Origin: Utricularia gibba
Lineage: Eukaryota; Plantae; Magnoliophyta
DNA length: 64,000 nt
Direction: 5' to 3'
Assembly (NCBI GenBank): GCA_002189035.1
Contig: CM007989.1
Span: 2,294,001-2,358,000, forward strand
Shown here: positions 1 through 12,149 of the stretch, piece by piece
How the letters are laid out: each line of letters opens with the position of its first letter
Position numbering within the stretch: position 1 is the stretch's first letter
Program-made: the position numbers and the translations under genes
Notes under the pieces: generated by a model
Seen by the model: the letters and a program-made list of their open reading frames with translations, nothing else
What the model was told of the DNA's origin: nothing
The model's database searches: none

Positions 1-54
1 AACAAATAATTCAATAAAAATTATTTGAGATAATGTTTTTAAAAATGTAATTAA

Positions 55-56
<2 letters not shown>

Positions 57-86
<30 letters not shown>
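57..86. repeat. (AT)15 microsatellite in a very AT-rich intergenic stretch (1-750)
   Basis: Perfect AT dinucleotide run read directly, 57-86. Confidence 0.95.
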
Positions 87-90
<4 letters not shown>

Positions 91-759
91 ATATAAATAT
101 ATGTTATTCAAAGTTTTAATTTTGATTTCAAATTAATTCAATAATTTATGAATTGTAAAATCAAAATTTTTTTACAAAAACATGTCTTTACTATAATCAT
201 AACTTACATCTATAACAAATACATGGTATAATCATATATCGTTTTAACTATGGATTACATAGATATGAATTAAATAATAAATATTTATAATTTAATTTAT
301 TACATGTGATTTATGTACATATAAGTGTAACATATGCTTTAGTTTATTTATTTAAATTGTATTTTATTAAATATCTGATTTATAATGGAATTTATGTAAT
401 TGATTTATGCATAAAATTTTTAAATATTATACTTAATTTAACAAAATTGTATGTAACATAATTTATAAAATTTATTAAAAATATAATAATAAGATAGAAT
501 TATTGATCAGATTATTATTTAAAAACAATATTTCTATAAATGTATTAATAAATTCAATTGAAAATATAACAAAATAAATTAAAATTTATTTGAAAAAATA
601 TTTGTATAAAAATATTTTTGTAAATGCATGTATTTATTTTTCATATATTATTCATATGTATTTTTTTATTATTTTTTCGTATAAAAACTAAAGGTATTCA
701 ACAAATAAAACAAAAAGTTGGAGTATTATACAAAAAAAGTGAAAAGTCAGATTCATCAA

Positions 760-1501
760 AGGAGATTTTTACAGTGGTGTATTCTACCAAATTAATCGGA
801 AGCATTGTGCAGCGGTGTGGGACCCGGGTGCATTGTGAAGGTGGGGTAGCGGATCCGGTGACGGTTTGGTGTAGATCTGGGGTTAGGTGGGTATTGTGCT
901 GCACGAGTTCTTCAATTCTGCTGCCTGATGCTGTCTTCTTTATTTCGAAAAACGCAGAGCCGGTCCCGTGAAATCCAACAACCACACTTAAGAGTTGCAC
1001 ATCGTCCAGAGGCATGGAATCAATACGCCAACTTCCAACATTTTTTTTAATCCGTCTGAAGTGTAGCACATGCTTGCGCAGTGATACACTCGATAACCCT
1101 AATCGTGACATTGCAGTTCGATGATGTGCTGCGACCCAGAGCCGCTGCCCGCCGCAGGCCGATCCATAGACGAAGGGCCCCCACCCAACTGGAACAACCA
1201 AGCCGTCCACATCAGGATTACTTTAGGATCATACACTAATTTCGTGTGGGCCGACACCTTACTGGTAAACAGGCTGTTTTCTTTGATTGTGTTTACTTTG
1301 GTTGAGTGAAGTGACCATATATTAAAATATGAATTGTACTTAATATTTTTTAATGTGATTTATGTTTATTATGTAATTGAATTTCAATAAGGTACGCCTG
1401 AATACTGTCTTCATCTACGTGCCTTGATGCAAACTCCCAATGACTTTATGTAGTGTCCGTACTTCGGATAGCTCCCAGATAGTGTCCGTAGTGCCTGGGT
1501 G
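760..1501 (+). pseudogene. Degenerate coding-like remnant, possibly a plant-mobile-domain (PMD) type TE gene, interrupted by the copia element and continuing at 6433-6760
   Basis: GC-richer island in AT-rich DNA. U-rich intron-like segment 1265-1391 (G|GTAAAC...TAAG|). Joining across the TSD gives ...LHLRALMQTPNDFM*CPYFG*LP...AWV, resembling the PMD F-x-W-x-P-Y motif with TGG>TAG. Many stops; strand and identity uncertain. Confidence 0.3.
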
Positions 1502-1942
1502 TGTAGGAGGTAAGTAAGCCCATAATCTACAAATGGGCTGCTCAATAACGGAAGTGAGGCGTGAGATGCGTCTAATGGTTACCTCCCACTACGTCCACAA
1601 TTTATGGGAGTGGAGCATATGGAGCAGAGGTGGGGTCTGATCCAAGGAGTGGAGGGAGAGGGGAGTTATGTCTGGACAAGGGGGCACGGTGGATGATCCT
1701 AGCAGCTACTGAAGGAGTGATCACAAGAAGTGTGTGTTTCCTACGCTGGTGTGCGTTGTAGTAACTCTGTGTAAGTGGATCAGGGTGCTTCTTCTTGTTT
1801 ATAGTGAACTCTTGCATCTGGTGTGATTAACCAGAGGACATGAGGTTTTACCAACCAAGGAGCTGGCTTTTTACCTGAAACAGATTGTGTTCATTACACA
1901 TATTCAGCTGATTTTACAGGGTGACAGAATTGATTTCCTACA
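1502..1942 (+). repeat. 5' LTR (441 bp), TGTAGGA...TCCTACA
   Basis: TG...CA ends with a 7-bp inverted repeat; direct repeat of 5987-6432. Confidence 0.95.
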
Positions 1943-1944
1943 GG

Positions 1945-1956
1945 TGGTATCAGAGC
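1945..1956 (+). other. Primer-binding site complementary to initiator tRNA-Met 3' end
   Basis: TGGTATCAGAGC 2 nt after the 5' LTR; the gag ATG follows at 1958. Confidence 0.93.
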
Positions 1957-1957
1957 C

Positions 1958-4900
1958 ATGGATGAGGTCCATGGTGTGCCAAAATTGAACACCACGAACT
2001 ACTCGTTGTGGCGTTCGAAGATCAAATCAGTGCTGGTATGCAAAGATGATTTATGGGACCCAGTCGTGACAGGGGTGAGTAGACCTTCCAATGTGGAGGA
2101 TATAGACTTGAAACAGTTGCACTTGAAGGCTGTGGCGATAATGAATCTGTGCATCGACAATACCCTATCGCACCGTATTAGTGAGTTTGATGATGCCCAA
2201 CAGCTATGGAAGACAGTGGAGGAGATGTTCCGTCCAGACAATGCGCTCAACAAGATAGCCCTATATAAACGCATGTCCAGGTTACGGTACAAAGATGGAG
2301 AATCGATGTCAGAGCATCTAAGCCGGTTCAAAGACATTGTTGATCAAATGGTGTCTGTGAAAATGAGTTTTGATGAGGAGATTCAAGCCATTCAGCTAAT
2401 GGACACACTACCTCACTCTTGGGAGACTCTGGTAATCACGTTAAGTAATTTTGCCAATAGTGGGCTGAAGTATGATGCGGTGGCTACGGCATTGCTTCAA
2501 GAGGAGTTGCGCAGACGCATTACTGGCCTAGAAAAAGGTTTTGATGCTAAGAACACTCTTGCCTACATTGATGGAGAGCACCAGAATCGGTCACAAGATC
2601 GCCAAAACCGTAGTGCTCGAGAAACCTCCAGAAAGCGAGACAAGTCCAATACTAGACATGGGAAGAACGATAAAAAAACAGAAACAAGGTCGTGCTTCTA
2701 ATGTGGGAAAAAAGGGCACCTACGTAAGGATTGTCGAAGCTATAAGAAGTCTCAACAAGCTGCATCACAAGAGTGGAAGGGCAAAGAACCGTCTGAAACG
2801 AATTCTGCAGCATACCTGAGCGATGCTGATGACGATTTACTAGTACTCCTGGCAGCAGAAGCCGGCGAGACGGGTTTAGAAAACTCCTGGTTTGTTGATT
2901 CAGCAGCTTCCTTTCATGCGACTTCCAGAGGAACTGAGCTAGAAAATTATAGATGGTGCACCTCAAGCATCGTGAAGATAGGGAATCACTCTGTCTCAGA
3001 AGTAGCGGGGATCGGGGATTTAGAGGTTATCACGAATCTGGGAACATCATTACGGCTCAAGGATGTGAGACATGTGCCATCACTTCGTGTGAATCTACTG
3101 TCCGCGGGAGAGTTAGAATCACAAGGGTACAAACATAGCTTGGGAGACAGGACATGGAAGCTTCTGAAAGGGTCATTGGTGATAGCGAAAGGCCAGATGG
3201 TTGGACGTTTGTATAAAACAGAGCTCAAGCACAAGATGGCTGAGCTGAATGCTATTTCTGGTTCAACCACATCTTATGACCTTTGGCATCGAAGGTTGGG
3301 ACATTTATCTGAGATGGGTGTTCAGAGATTACTGAGCAGTGGTAGGATCGAATACTCAGGGGGCTAAAAGTGGCTGTGAGAGTTGTATTTATGGCAAACA
3401 TCATCGGGTATCATTTCAATCCAACTTTCGAAAACAATCAGGGAAATTAGAGGTTGTTTTCGCAGATGTTGGTGGACCCGTAAATGTCTCAACCGCTGGA
3501 GGAATGAGGCATTATTTACTCTTTGTGGATGATGCCACCAGAAAAACCTGGATATATCTTGTGAAAAAGAAATCTGATGTGTTTGAATACTTCAAGCAAT
3601 TCCATCGTATGGTGGAAAGAGAAGCAAGTACAAAACTCAAGTGCTTCTGGACTGATAATGGAGGTGAGTTTTGCAGTGACGAATTCAAACGGTATTGCTT
3701 GGAGTTGGGGATTAGGAAAGTGGCAACGGAACCTGGAACCCCGCAACATAACCCAATTGCAGAGAGATTGAATAGAACCTTGTTTGACAAGGTGCGTTGC
3801 ATGGTGAAAGATGCAAGGCTTCCTACAAGGTTCTGGGGGGAAGCCTTGAAAACTACTTGTTATCTGTCAAACAGGAGCCCCCAAAAGGCCCTTGCGTTCC
3901 GCATTCTAGAGGAAGAATGGCTAGGCAAACAGGTGAACTTCGATCATTTAAAAGTGTTTGGTTGCAAAGCTTTTGTTTTTGTGCCAGCAGATCAACGAAA
4001 GAAGCTAGATGATCACTCGAGACCATGTATTTTTCTGGGCTATGGAGACCCTGAAATGGGTTATCGCTTTTGGGATCCTGCTGGAAAACGAGTTGTACGA
4101 TCGAGAGATGTAAAATTTTTGGAGGATCAGAAGCACCCAGATCAGCTATCTCAGGGTCTTGATGAGGTCAGGCTGAATTTAGAGTTTTTAGGAGTGCAAA
4201 GCTGTGTTGGAGAGGTTCCTCCCACTGCTTCGGTTCTGCCAGAGGTGGGCAGCTCCTCCCAAGGTGTAGATTTAACCTCGAATGAGGCTCCTGAGAGGGC
4301 TACATCTGTGCCTGAACAGCCACGACGTTCAGCATGAGAATCAGTTCCGAGTACAAGATATTCAACTGATGAATTTATTCTTGTCACAGAAGAAGGTGAA
4401 CCAGAATCTGTGGAGGATGTGTTGCGATCACCAGATAAAGAAAAATGGCTAGAAGCAATGAGGGATGAGATGCAATCTCTTTGGAAGAACAAGACTTATA
4501 TACTCACAGAGCTACCTGCGAGAAGGAAAGCATTGGAAAATAAATGGATCTTCAAGCTAAAGAAAAACCCTGATGGCACCATTAGGTATAAAGCAAGGAT
4601 TATGGTAAAGGGCTTTCATCAAAAAGAGGGAATTGATTACCAAGAAATCTTCTCTCCAGTAGCAAAATTGTGAACCATCAAGATAATCCTGGCAATTGTG
4701 GCAGTGTTGAATTTAGAGCTCCAGCAGATGGATGTAAAAACTGCGTTTTTGCATGGAGAGTTAAAAGAAGATATTTTCATGAAGCAAGTACCTGGTTTTG
4801 TGGCAAAGGGTCGAGAGAAACTAGTCTGCAAACTCCAAAGAAGCCTCTATGGTCTGAAACAGGCTCCTAGGGAGTGAACAAGCGCTTTGATGGATACATG

Positions 4901-5953
4901 ATGCAGCTTGGGTTTCAGAAATCAGTTTCTGATCCGTGTGTATATCTAAAGGGAGTTGAAGATGATGTGGTGATCTTGATTTTATATGTTGATGATATGC
5001 TGCTCATCAGCAAGGAGATAAAACATATTGATGCTCTCAAGAAGCAATTGGGGTCAGAATTTGATATGAAAGACTTAGGTGCAGCTAAGAGAATTTTGGG
5101 TATTGACATTGAACGAGATAGAGCTCGTGGGATATTAACTCTCAGCCAGACACGCTACATTAATCAAGTCATAGAAAAATTTGGTTTGAGAAATAGTCGG
5201 TCAGTGTCAGTGCCTATGAATCTTGCTGTTAAATTGTCTACAGAATTCTGTCCAAAAGGGGAGTGTGAGCAGCATGAGATGAACAAGGTGCCCTTTGCTT
5301 CCTTGGTAGGATCGGTCATATACATAATGGTGAGCACTCGACCTGACATCGCTTATGCAATTAGTTGTATCAGCAGGTACATGTCGAATCCAGGTCGTCA
5401 ACATTGGGAAGCTGCCAAATGGCTGGTGCGTTATTTGAAGGGGACAGCCGAGTTATGCCTCTGTTATGACAGCAAGTTCTTGACCCCATGTGTGTATGTG
5501 GATTCTGATTTGGCAGGGGACATTGATACAAGAAGATCTACTACTGGGTTAATTGCTCTGTTAGGTGGAGCAGGAGTCATTTGGATGTCAACGTTACAAA
5601 AGTGTGTAGCTCTGTCAAGCACAGAAGCCGAATATATGGCCTTGTCTGAAGCTGGAAAGGAGGCCATATGGCTTGGTCGGTTCATGGCAGAACTTGGTCT
5701 GCAGGAACACAAGGTAACCATTTTATGTGATAATCAAAGTGCATTAATTTTGAGCAGACATCAGACTTATCACTCAAGGACCAAGCACGTTGATATGAGA
5801 TACCATTGGGTGAGAGATATGGTAGAACAGAATCAATTCCTGCTGGAAAAGGTGAAGACAGTTGATAATACAGCAGATATGCTGACAAAAATGTTAGCCT
5901 CCTCATGGCATATGATACTACTAAAGGAGGCTGGTCTAATGCTCAGCTGCTAA
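1958..5953 (+). pseudogene. Copia gag-pol polyprotein, disrupted
   Basis: Zn knuckle CF*CGKKGHLRKDC (stop 2699-2701), protease WFVDSAASFH, integrase HRRLGH...CESC...TDNGGEF...AERLNRT, RT SLYGLKQAP and YVDD (4985-4996), RNaseH YVDSD/EAE/CDNQS/ADMLTK. In-frame stops at 2699, 4335 and 4671; frameshifts near 3360 and 4875. Confidence 0.95.
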
Positions 5954-5975
5954 ATCTGATCCCCCCTTCCAGCCT

Positions 5976-5986
5976 GAGGGGGTGAT
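5976..5986 (+). other. Polypurine tract
   Basis: GAGGGGGTGAT directly upstream of the 3' LTR. Confidence 0.8.
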
Positions 5987-6432
5987 TGTAGGAGGTAAGT
6001 AAGCCCATAATGTACAAATGGGCTGCTCAATAACAGGCTGGAAGTGAGGCGTGAGATGCGTCTGATGGTTACCTCCCACTACGTCCACAATTTATGGGAG
6101 TGGAGCATATGGAGCAGAGGTGGGGTCTGATCCAAGGAGTGGAGGGAGAGGGGAGTTCTGTCTGGACAAGGGGGCACGGTGGATGATCCTAGCAGATACT
6201 GAAGGAGTGATCACAAGAAGTGTGTGTTTCCTGCGCTGGTGTGCGTTGTAGTAACTCTGTGTAAGTGGATCAGGGTGCTTCTCCTTATTTATAGTGAACT
6301 CTTGCATCTGGTGTGATTAAACAGAGGACAGGAGGTTTTACCAGCCAAGGAGCTGGGTTTTTACCTGAAACAGATTGTGTTCATTACACATATTCAACTG
6401 TTTTTACAGGGTGACAGAACTGATTTTCTATA
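5987..6432 (+). repeat. 3' LTR (446 bp), ends TA instead of CA
   Basis: Aligns to the 5' LTR with 16 substitutions and one 5-bp insertion (AGGCT); followed by TSD GGGTG. Confidence 0.95.
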
Positions 6433-6820
6433 GGGTGGGCGTGGTTTTCTGATCTGAGCAGCAAGCTTACGTAAAATAGCACAGACTCATAGGATGTAGT
6501 CTGGTAAACCCTAGAAATTCTGGGAAACTTCCAGGGTCAGCATCCTGAGTAACGAAATTCAATGTGTTTTGGACGAGTGATTACACTGAGCGTCATAGGT
6601 ATAATACAAGAAGGACAAGTCAGAACACTCAGCATTGGGTTGCTGATTCTTATCACAGATAAGAAACTCGTGGGCTTCACCGAAAAAGCTGAACTCCTCA
6701 GAATCGACTCTCAGCGAACTTCACCATAACCAGACAGAATTTCATGCTGCTAGCTTGTGTTTAGATATTAAAAACATTTATAATAATTCATCCTACATTT
6801 TATCCAAATTAAAATAAATA

Positions 6821-7173
6821 TGGGCTACTTGATCTCATTACTACACGGGTCGGCCCATTAAAAGACCCTTGGATTACATCACGGGATGGATATCTGTGTT
6901 CTCAAAAGAAAATGGGCCACACCGAGGCCCATTTTAAAAAAAAGACTGTGGGGGCTGAAAAGCCTAAATCGCGAAAGTATTTTGGGGAGTAATGGAATTT
7001 TAGGTAGTTTTGGGGTAACAAATGAAAATTCGGGGAAATGTGCTCCGCCGACGAAAAAGTCATCAACGGTTTGAAGTCGGATTAAGAAGGGGAACGAAAG
7101 CGCGAGTCTTTTTTCCCTCCCAATCTTTTGCTTTTCCACTCAGTTTGCAGAGATCAACTCATTTTTAGGGTTT
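6821..7173 (+). promoter_or_regulatory. Site II (TGGGCY/GGCCCA) cluster plus telo-box upstream of ubinuclein
   Basis: TGGGCT 6821, GGCCCA 6852, TGGGCC 6913, GGCCCA 6926, TAGGGTTT 7166-7173; this combination is typical of plant housekeeping and proliferation gene promoters. Confidence 0.55.
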
Positions 7174-7249
7174 TTTTAAACGCGATTTTCTCTGTTTTCG
7201 TTGTGATATCGGATTGATTCCGGCGATTTCGCTTAACACCGGAAAATTG

Positions 7250-10200
7250 ATGGCCGAAGGCGATGGTGGTCGGGGTCAAGAATTCAGTGGTCGTTCAAAG
7301 CTTGCGTCCGTATGCGAATCAGCCGGCGGTCGCCTTAGGTTTAGGGTAGAACTCAGGCCGGGAGAAGCAACAATTGTTTCATGGAAAAGGCTTCTCAAAG
7401 AGGCGAATTTGAGTGACCCGGATGGTCCAAACCCGTCCGTTCCGGGTCCTTCGATGGCAGAACGTCAGGATGCTCCTCACCCCCCTCCTCCGAGTACGTC
7501 TGCTTTGCCTCCTTCTTCAAGGCAACTCATGGAGAAGGACACAAAGGATTCGCAAGCACAGGCAGGATCGAGTCGTTTGAACAACGTGATTGAGAGAATT
7601 GAGCGAATGTATGCCGTAAGTATCGCAGGATGGTACATTCAATGTTTCCAAATCGATATCCTGAAACGCTCGCGGATTTGTGATTTTACGCACAATATTC
7701 CATTTTTCTGGTTGGACAATGGATGGCATGCATTGTTTAGACACTTTCTTCGAACGTTTCTGGAGACTCCCTAGCTTTACAGGTTTTAGGCAGTTGATAA
7801 CGACATGCATCTGGATTTTGTAACTTAAAGCTTGGTAAACTTTCAGGGTGATGGGAGTAGTGACGAGGAAGCTGGAGTTCTTGACAATGTACCTTATGAT
7901 GATGAATATGATACAAGCGATTCTTTCATAGATGATGCTGAATTGGTACGATTTCTGAATTCAAGCAGTTTTTTTCCCTTCTTCCAGATACGACTGGTTA
8001 AAATGATAGTTTAACTGTTTATGCAGGATGACTATTTTCAGGTTGATAATTCTGCTATAAAACATGACGGGTTTTTCGTCAATCGTGGCAAGTTGGAGCG
8101 CATGTCAGTTCCATCATTCCTTCTCATTTTGTTTTTGATATTTGACAAAATAATAATATGTCATTATTTGGGTGACGTAAGCTTTGTATTCCTAGATGAT
8201 GATTTTGGCCCCGTTTGGCTGTCTTTATTAACTGCAGTGAAACAACAATATCTAAAGACCAACAGCCGAAGAAGAGGAAAAGGAAAAATCTTGCCAAAAG
8301 TCATGTTGGGAATGATGATGGATTTTCTCCAAACAAAATCTTAAAAGTAGGAGATACGGGAAGAAAACAACATTCATCACCGAGAGCATCTCTTGAGGTC
8401 ACTATGCGAAGGCGAGATGCAGAGGCTGTTCAATTTCCAGATTCTATGGGAAATGGTTCTGAAGTTGTTCTGAAGAAAAAATCAGTCAACGCTGCAGCAA
8501 ATATGGGTCCATTGGGACTGTCAGGTGTTGATCCCGGCAAGCAGTATAGGGAAACTGACCAGTGGAAGCCTGACAATGTTTCTTCAGCAAGCCACAAGAG
8601 TTCAGTGGATTTGCACAGGTCTACTGAAGCATCTCTTGGAGTCAACACAATAGGCCTAAATAGAGAGGCATTGCAATATCGAGATTCCATGCCAAATGGT
8701 TCTGATGTTTTACAGAATAAGAAGGCAGCCAATGCAGCAGTTACTGTGGATGCACATGGACTATCTAGGCTTGATGCCAACAAGAAGCATAAGGATACTG
8801 ACTCACGGAAGCCTGGAATTCCTTCTTCAGCAAACCAGGCTAGTTCAATGGATTCATTGTCGCACAGGTCCATTGCGAAAAGCCATGTAAGCAAACACTG
8901 TTACCACTATCAGTAAAATGTTGAGGATATCTTGTTAAGCGGGTAAGCAATGGCACTTGAGACAAGATTCACAATTCATGCTCATTGTATCCGTGGATGA
9001 GGGTAGTTAGTTTTGACTATTCCATTTTCGTACATTTTTTTAGATGCCGGTCAAATATCCATCTCTTTTACCGTAATATGTGCCCATTTCTTCATGTATC
9101 GGCTGCCCATGGCATCAACAGTAATTACAATTTATTCTGGTTTAATGCTCTTGGCGCCAGTGCATGCAACTTATTTTTCGTCGCTGTGCTAATGTTTGAT
9201 GAAATGCTAACTCTTTTGTGCAGAGAAGGGAAGGATCTAGCGCTAGACCTAAAAGTATGATGCTTGACAAGGCAATCAAAGATCTAGAGAAAATTGTAGC
9301 AGAATGTCTCTACTGCCTTCATCTACAACAGAGTCTTTTATCAATTGTACTGCCTTAGTAACTTATTTGCACTTGTGGTTTCTCACTGCAGCTAGACCAG
9401 CTTCTACAGAAGTGCAGGATCCTGATAATTCATTTCAGGCAGTGAAAAGGAGATTGCCCCTTGAAATAAAACTGAAGTTGGCTAAAGTTGCTAGATTAGC
9501 AGTAATAATCTGCCACTCATTTTTATCTATAGCAATGCAGCTTCAATGACAATTTTTTTTTCAGTGGTATTGGGTTGCAGGGTTGGCCTTTTCTGATTTA
9601 TAATTGGTATTGTTGCCCTGTTTTTTTTCCCGTGGCAGCAGCAATCCAATTGTGGAGCGATACCAAAGGATGTGATTAATCGTCTGATGAGCATTGTCGG
9701 CCACTTGATGCAAGTGAGAACCCTGAAGGTATCTTCTTATCAGTATAGCTTAGCTCCATTTATTATAACTATGTAATGATATTATGGGCATAGACTCTTT
9801 GATGTTATGCTCTGGGTGCTCAAAGATTATTGCTATTTTTTTATGGTTTATAATATGCTACAAGAAAATAATGACCACTTTGCTGACTCAGAAATCTAAG
9901 AACCCTTTACCTCGTCTTCTAGATATCCAATATTGTGGCTGGAGATAATGCCTTTGCTTGTGTTTTCTTCTAGGTCTCTAGTTTTCATAAGCCTTCGTAG
10001 ATGTATAATGTGAAATCCAAATCAAGGATCTCTTCAACTCTTACTCTTATGAAGTTCTATTCTATAATTATCATATTGAAATTGACTTGTTTCTTGTGTG
10101 CTACTATTGGTGACAAGTTTCATTACTCAAATTCCTAAATTTGTTAGCGTTCAATGTATCTTAAATTTTGAATTTTGATGAGTGGGTCTGATTAATTCTT

Positions 10201-11681
10201 TTGAACAAATTGCTAATGCTTCAGTTTTGACAGAGAAATCTCAAACTTATGGCTAAAATTGGATTAACTGCGAAACAAGAAAAGGATGACCGGATACGGA
10301 GAATAAAACAAGAAATTGCAGAAATGGTTGAGCTCCAGGTTTCAAGTTTGAAACCAAATGTAGGGGAATATTTTTTGATTCCTTCTGATCTATGCCTGTG
10401 GATTTTCAATCAATGCTTTTAGTAGTATAGTTGTTGCCTCATTTTTGCTTTCTGTAAGAATTTGTGGTTTATTCGTATGAATACCTGGTTCTTGTACACG
10501 CTTTGCAGGTTGAGCACCTTGCTGCAAATTCAGATGGAATTCATGAAGATGGTCAAGAAACAAAAGATGGTAGAAAGCCTAAGTACTGCATGGACGATAT
10601 GTTGGAAAATAAGATCTGTGAACTATGTGAAGTTTACCTGGAGGTATGCATCAAGTTTGGTATTACCAAAACTTGCGATCCGTTGAGGCAGATAAAGAAA
10701 CAAAAAGGGAAAAGTAAATTCTGTAAAGTTGAATCCTGACATTTTCTGTTTTCACTTTAGGGAGGAGATGAAGATTCACATCCATCAGTTAGAAAGTTGT
10801 ATGAAGAGGTACCTAATAGGTCATTGGTTCATTTTCTACATCTGCAATTCTATAAAATTTTTACATTCGATGAATGATTCAAGCAATTAATTTTTTTTGC
10901 TAAGGGCAACTTGGAATTTTTTAGAAAATTCTCTGGACGGCTATAAATGCAGTGGACCATTTTGTAAACATGGCATCGTCAGAATCATTTTAATTTCGTT
11001 TGTAACAATCGATGTTTCCTTGGGGCAGCTCACAGTGTTGTGGCCTAATGGCTTTACTGACGTTGATGGAGTAAAACGTGCTATACACCGAGCAAAAGAA
11101 CGGAAGGGGCTACACAGCCTGTTTAAGGTATAAATAATTCTTGTTTGCAAATCGATCATGAATTTCATATCGTTCAGCTGAATAATAAGCTTTTTGAAGC
11201 CATTTTGTCATGACGTGTATCATTTCTTGTTTTTCTTTCATGCGTAGCGTGAGAAAATCAGGATGAAACGGCCCCCTTAGCTCAAGAAGCGGAAGAGGAT
11301 CCTGAAAAAGCTCCTCTTTTAATGCATTCTCATAAGAAGAAACTTGCGTTAGACTCTCATGAACATGGCTTCACTTCGAACGTCAGACCCACCACCGTTT
11401 CTCATTTTCGTCCACATGCTCCTCCCACCGCTTCATCTGATGGTCCTGCAGTGGACACGATGGCTCTAGATAAAGCCAGGGGGAGTCTTACTATCAGCTC
11501 TGTTGATGGCGTACCAAGAAAGAAACTGAAAAAGAAACCACCCACTGATGCGTTGGAAGATCAGTATCATCCCAAGAAGTTTGCCTCTGCGCTTTCCAAA
11601 GAGCAGCAGATCCAGCAGAAGCAGCAATTAACTGCCCCTCTGAGTAAACCCAACTTCCAGCCCGGTGGAGGAAACCCTTAA
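7250..11681 (+). CDS. UBN: Ubinuclein (HIRA complex subunit, UBN1/2-like), about 12 exons
   Basis: FRVELRPGEATIVSWKRLLKE N-terminus; HUN domain YDDEYDTSDSFIDDAELDDYFQVD...GFFVNRGKLE across exons 7847-7945 and 8027-8103; later exons DKAIKDLEKIVAESRP, KRRLPLEIKLKLAKVARLA, LWPNGFTD; GT-AG introns. Probable 1-bp C deletion at 11272-11276, or use of an acceptor at 11261. Confidence 0.9.
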
Positions 11682-12149
11682 CGTAGTGAGATCATTCGAC
11701 CACCGCAGGTTGGCTGGTAAGTAGCCCCTTAACTTGGTGGTTTTTCATCCTTCTAGACACAGGTTTTGCTTTGGTGATTGCCTCTAACCTTGTAAATCGT
11801 TGTGTGCTCAGCTGAGCACAGAACAATCCTGATGTAGTCATGTCTGGTCATCTGTGACTTGTAGAACAAATGAAGCTGATGCTCAATAAAGGCAAGCTAT
11901 CCCATGAATACAGATCGCCACTTATGACTCTTGTAAATTATTCTTTGGTTTCTACAAGTTTAATACGATGAAAAATATTATTTCAAATTCTGATATTTCT
12001 TCGATTTGTTTTCGTGTTTTCGCAATAACAGTGGCATGTGATTGGTTAGCTAATCCAACATTAGCCAGCTTGACCGTGGCTTGGTTGTAGTATTGGTCAA
12101 GATTCTGGGATGGCCTACTGGCCTTCCAGGTAGAAACTGAGTGATCTCT

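Larger units (their letters stand above)
1502..6432 (+). mobile_element. Full-length, non-functional Ty1/copia LTR retrotransposon (4931 bp)
   Basis: Two LTRs, 5-bp TSD GGGTG (1497-1501 and 6433-6437), PBS, PPT, and domain order gag-PR-IN-RT-RNaseH diagnostic of Copia. Confidence 0.97.

Noticed and set aside
1602-1817. Twin 71-aa minus-strand ORFs (also 6092-6307)
   Set aside because: Chance antisense ORFs duplicated because they lie in the two LTRs.
1958-5953. Active retrotransposon, or programmed gag-pol readthrough at the 2699 stop
   Set aside because: The stop falls inside the Zn knuckle, two more in-frame stops follow, and the 3' LTR has lost its terminal CA.
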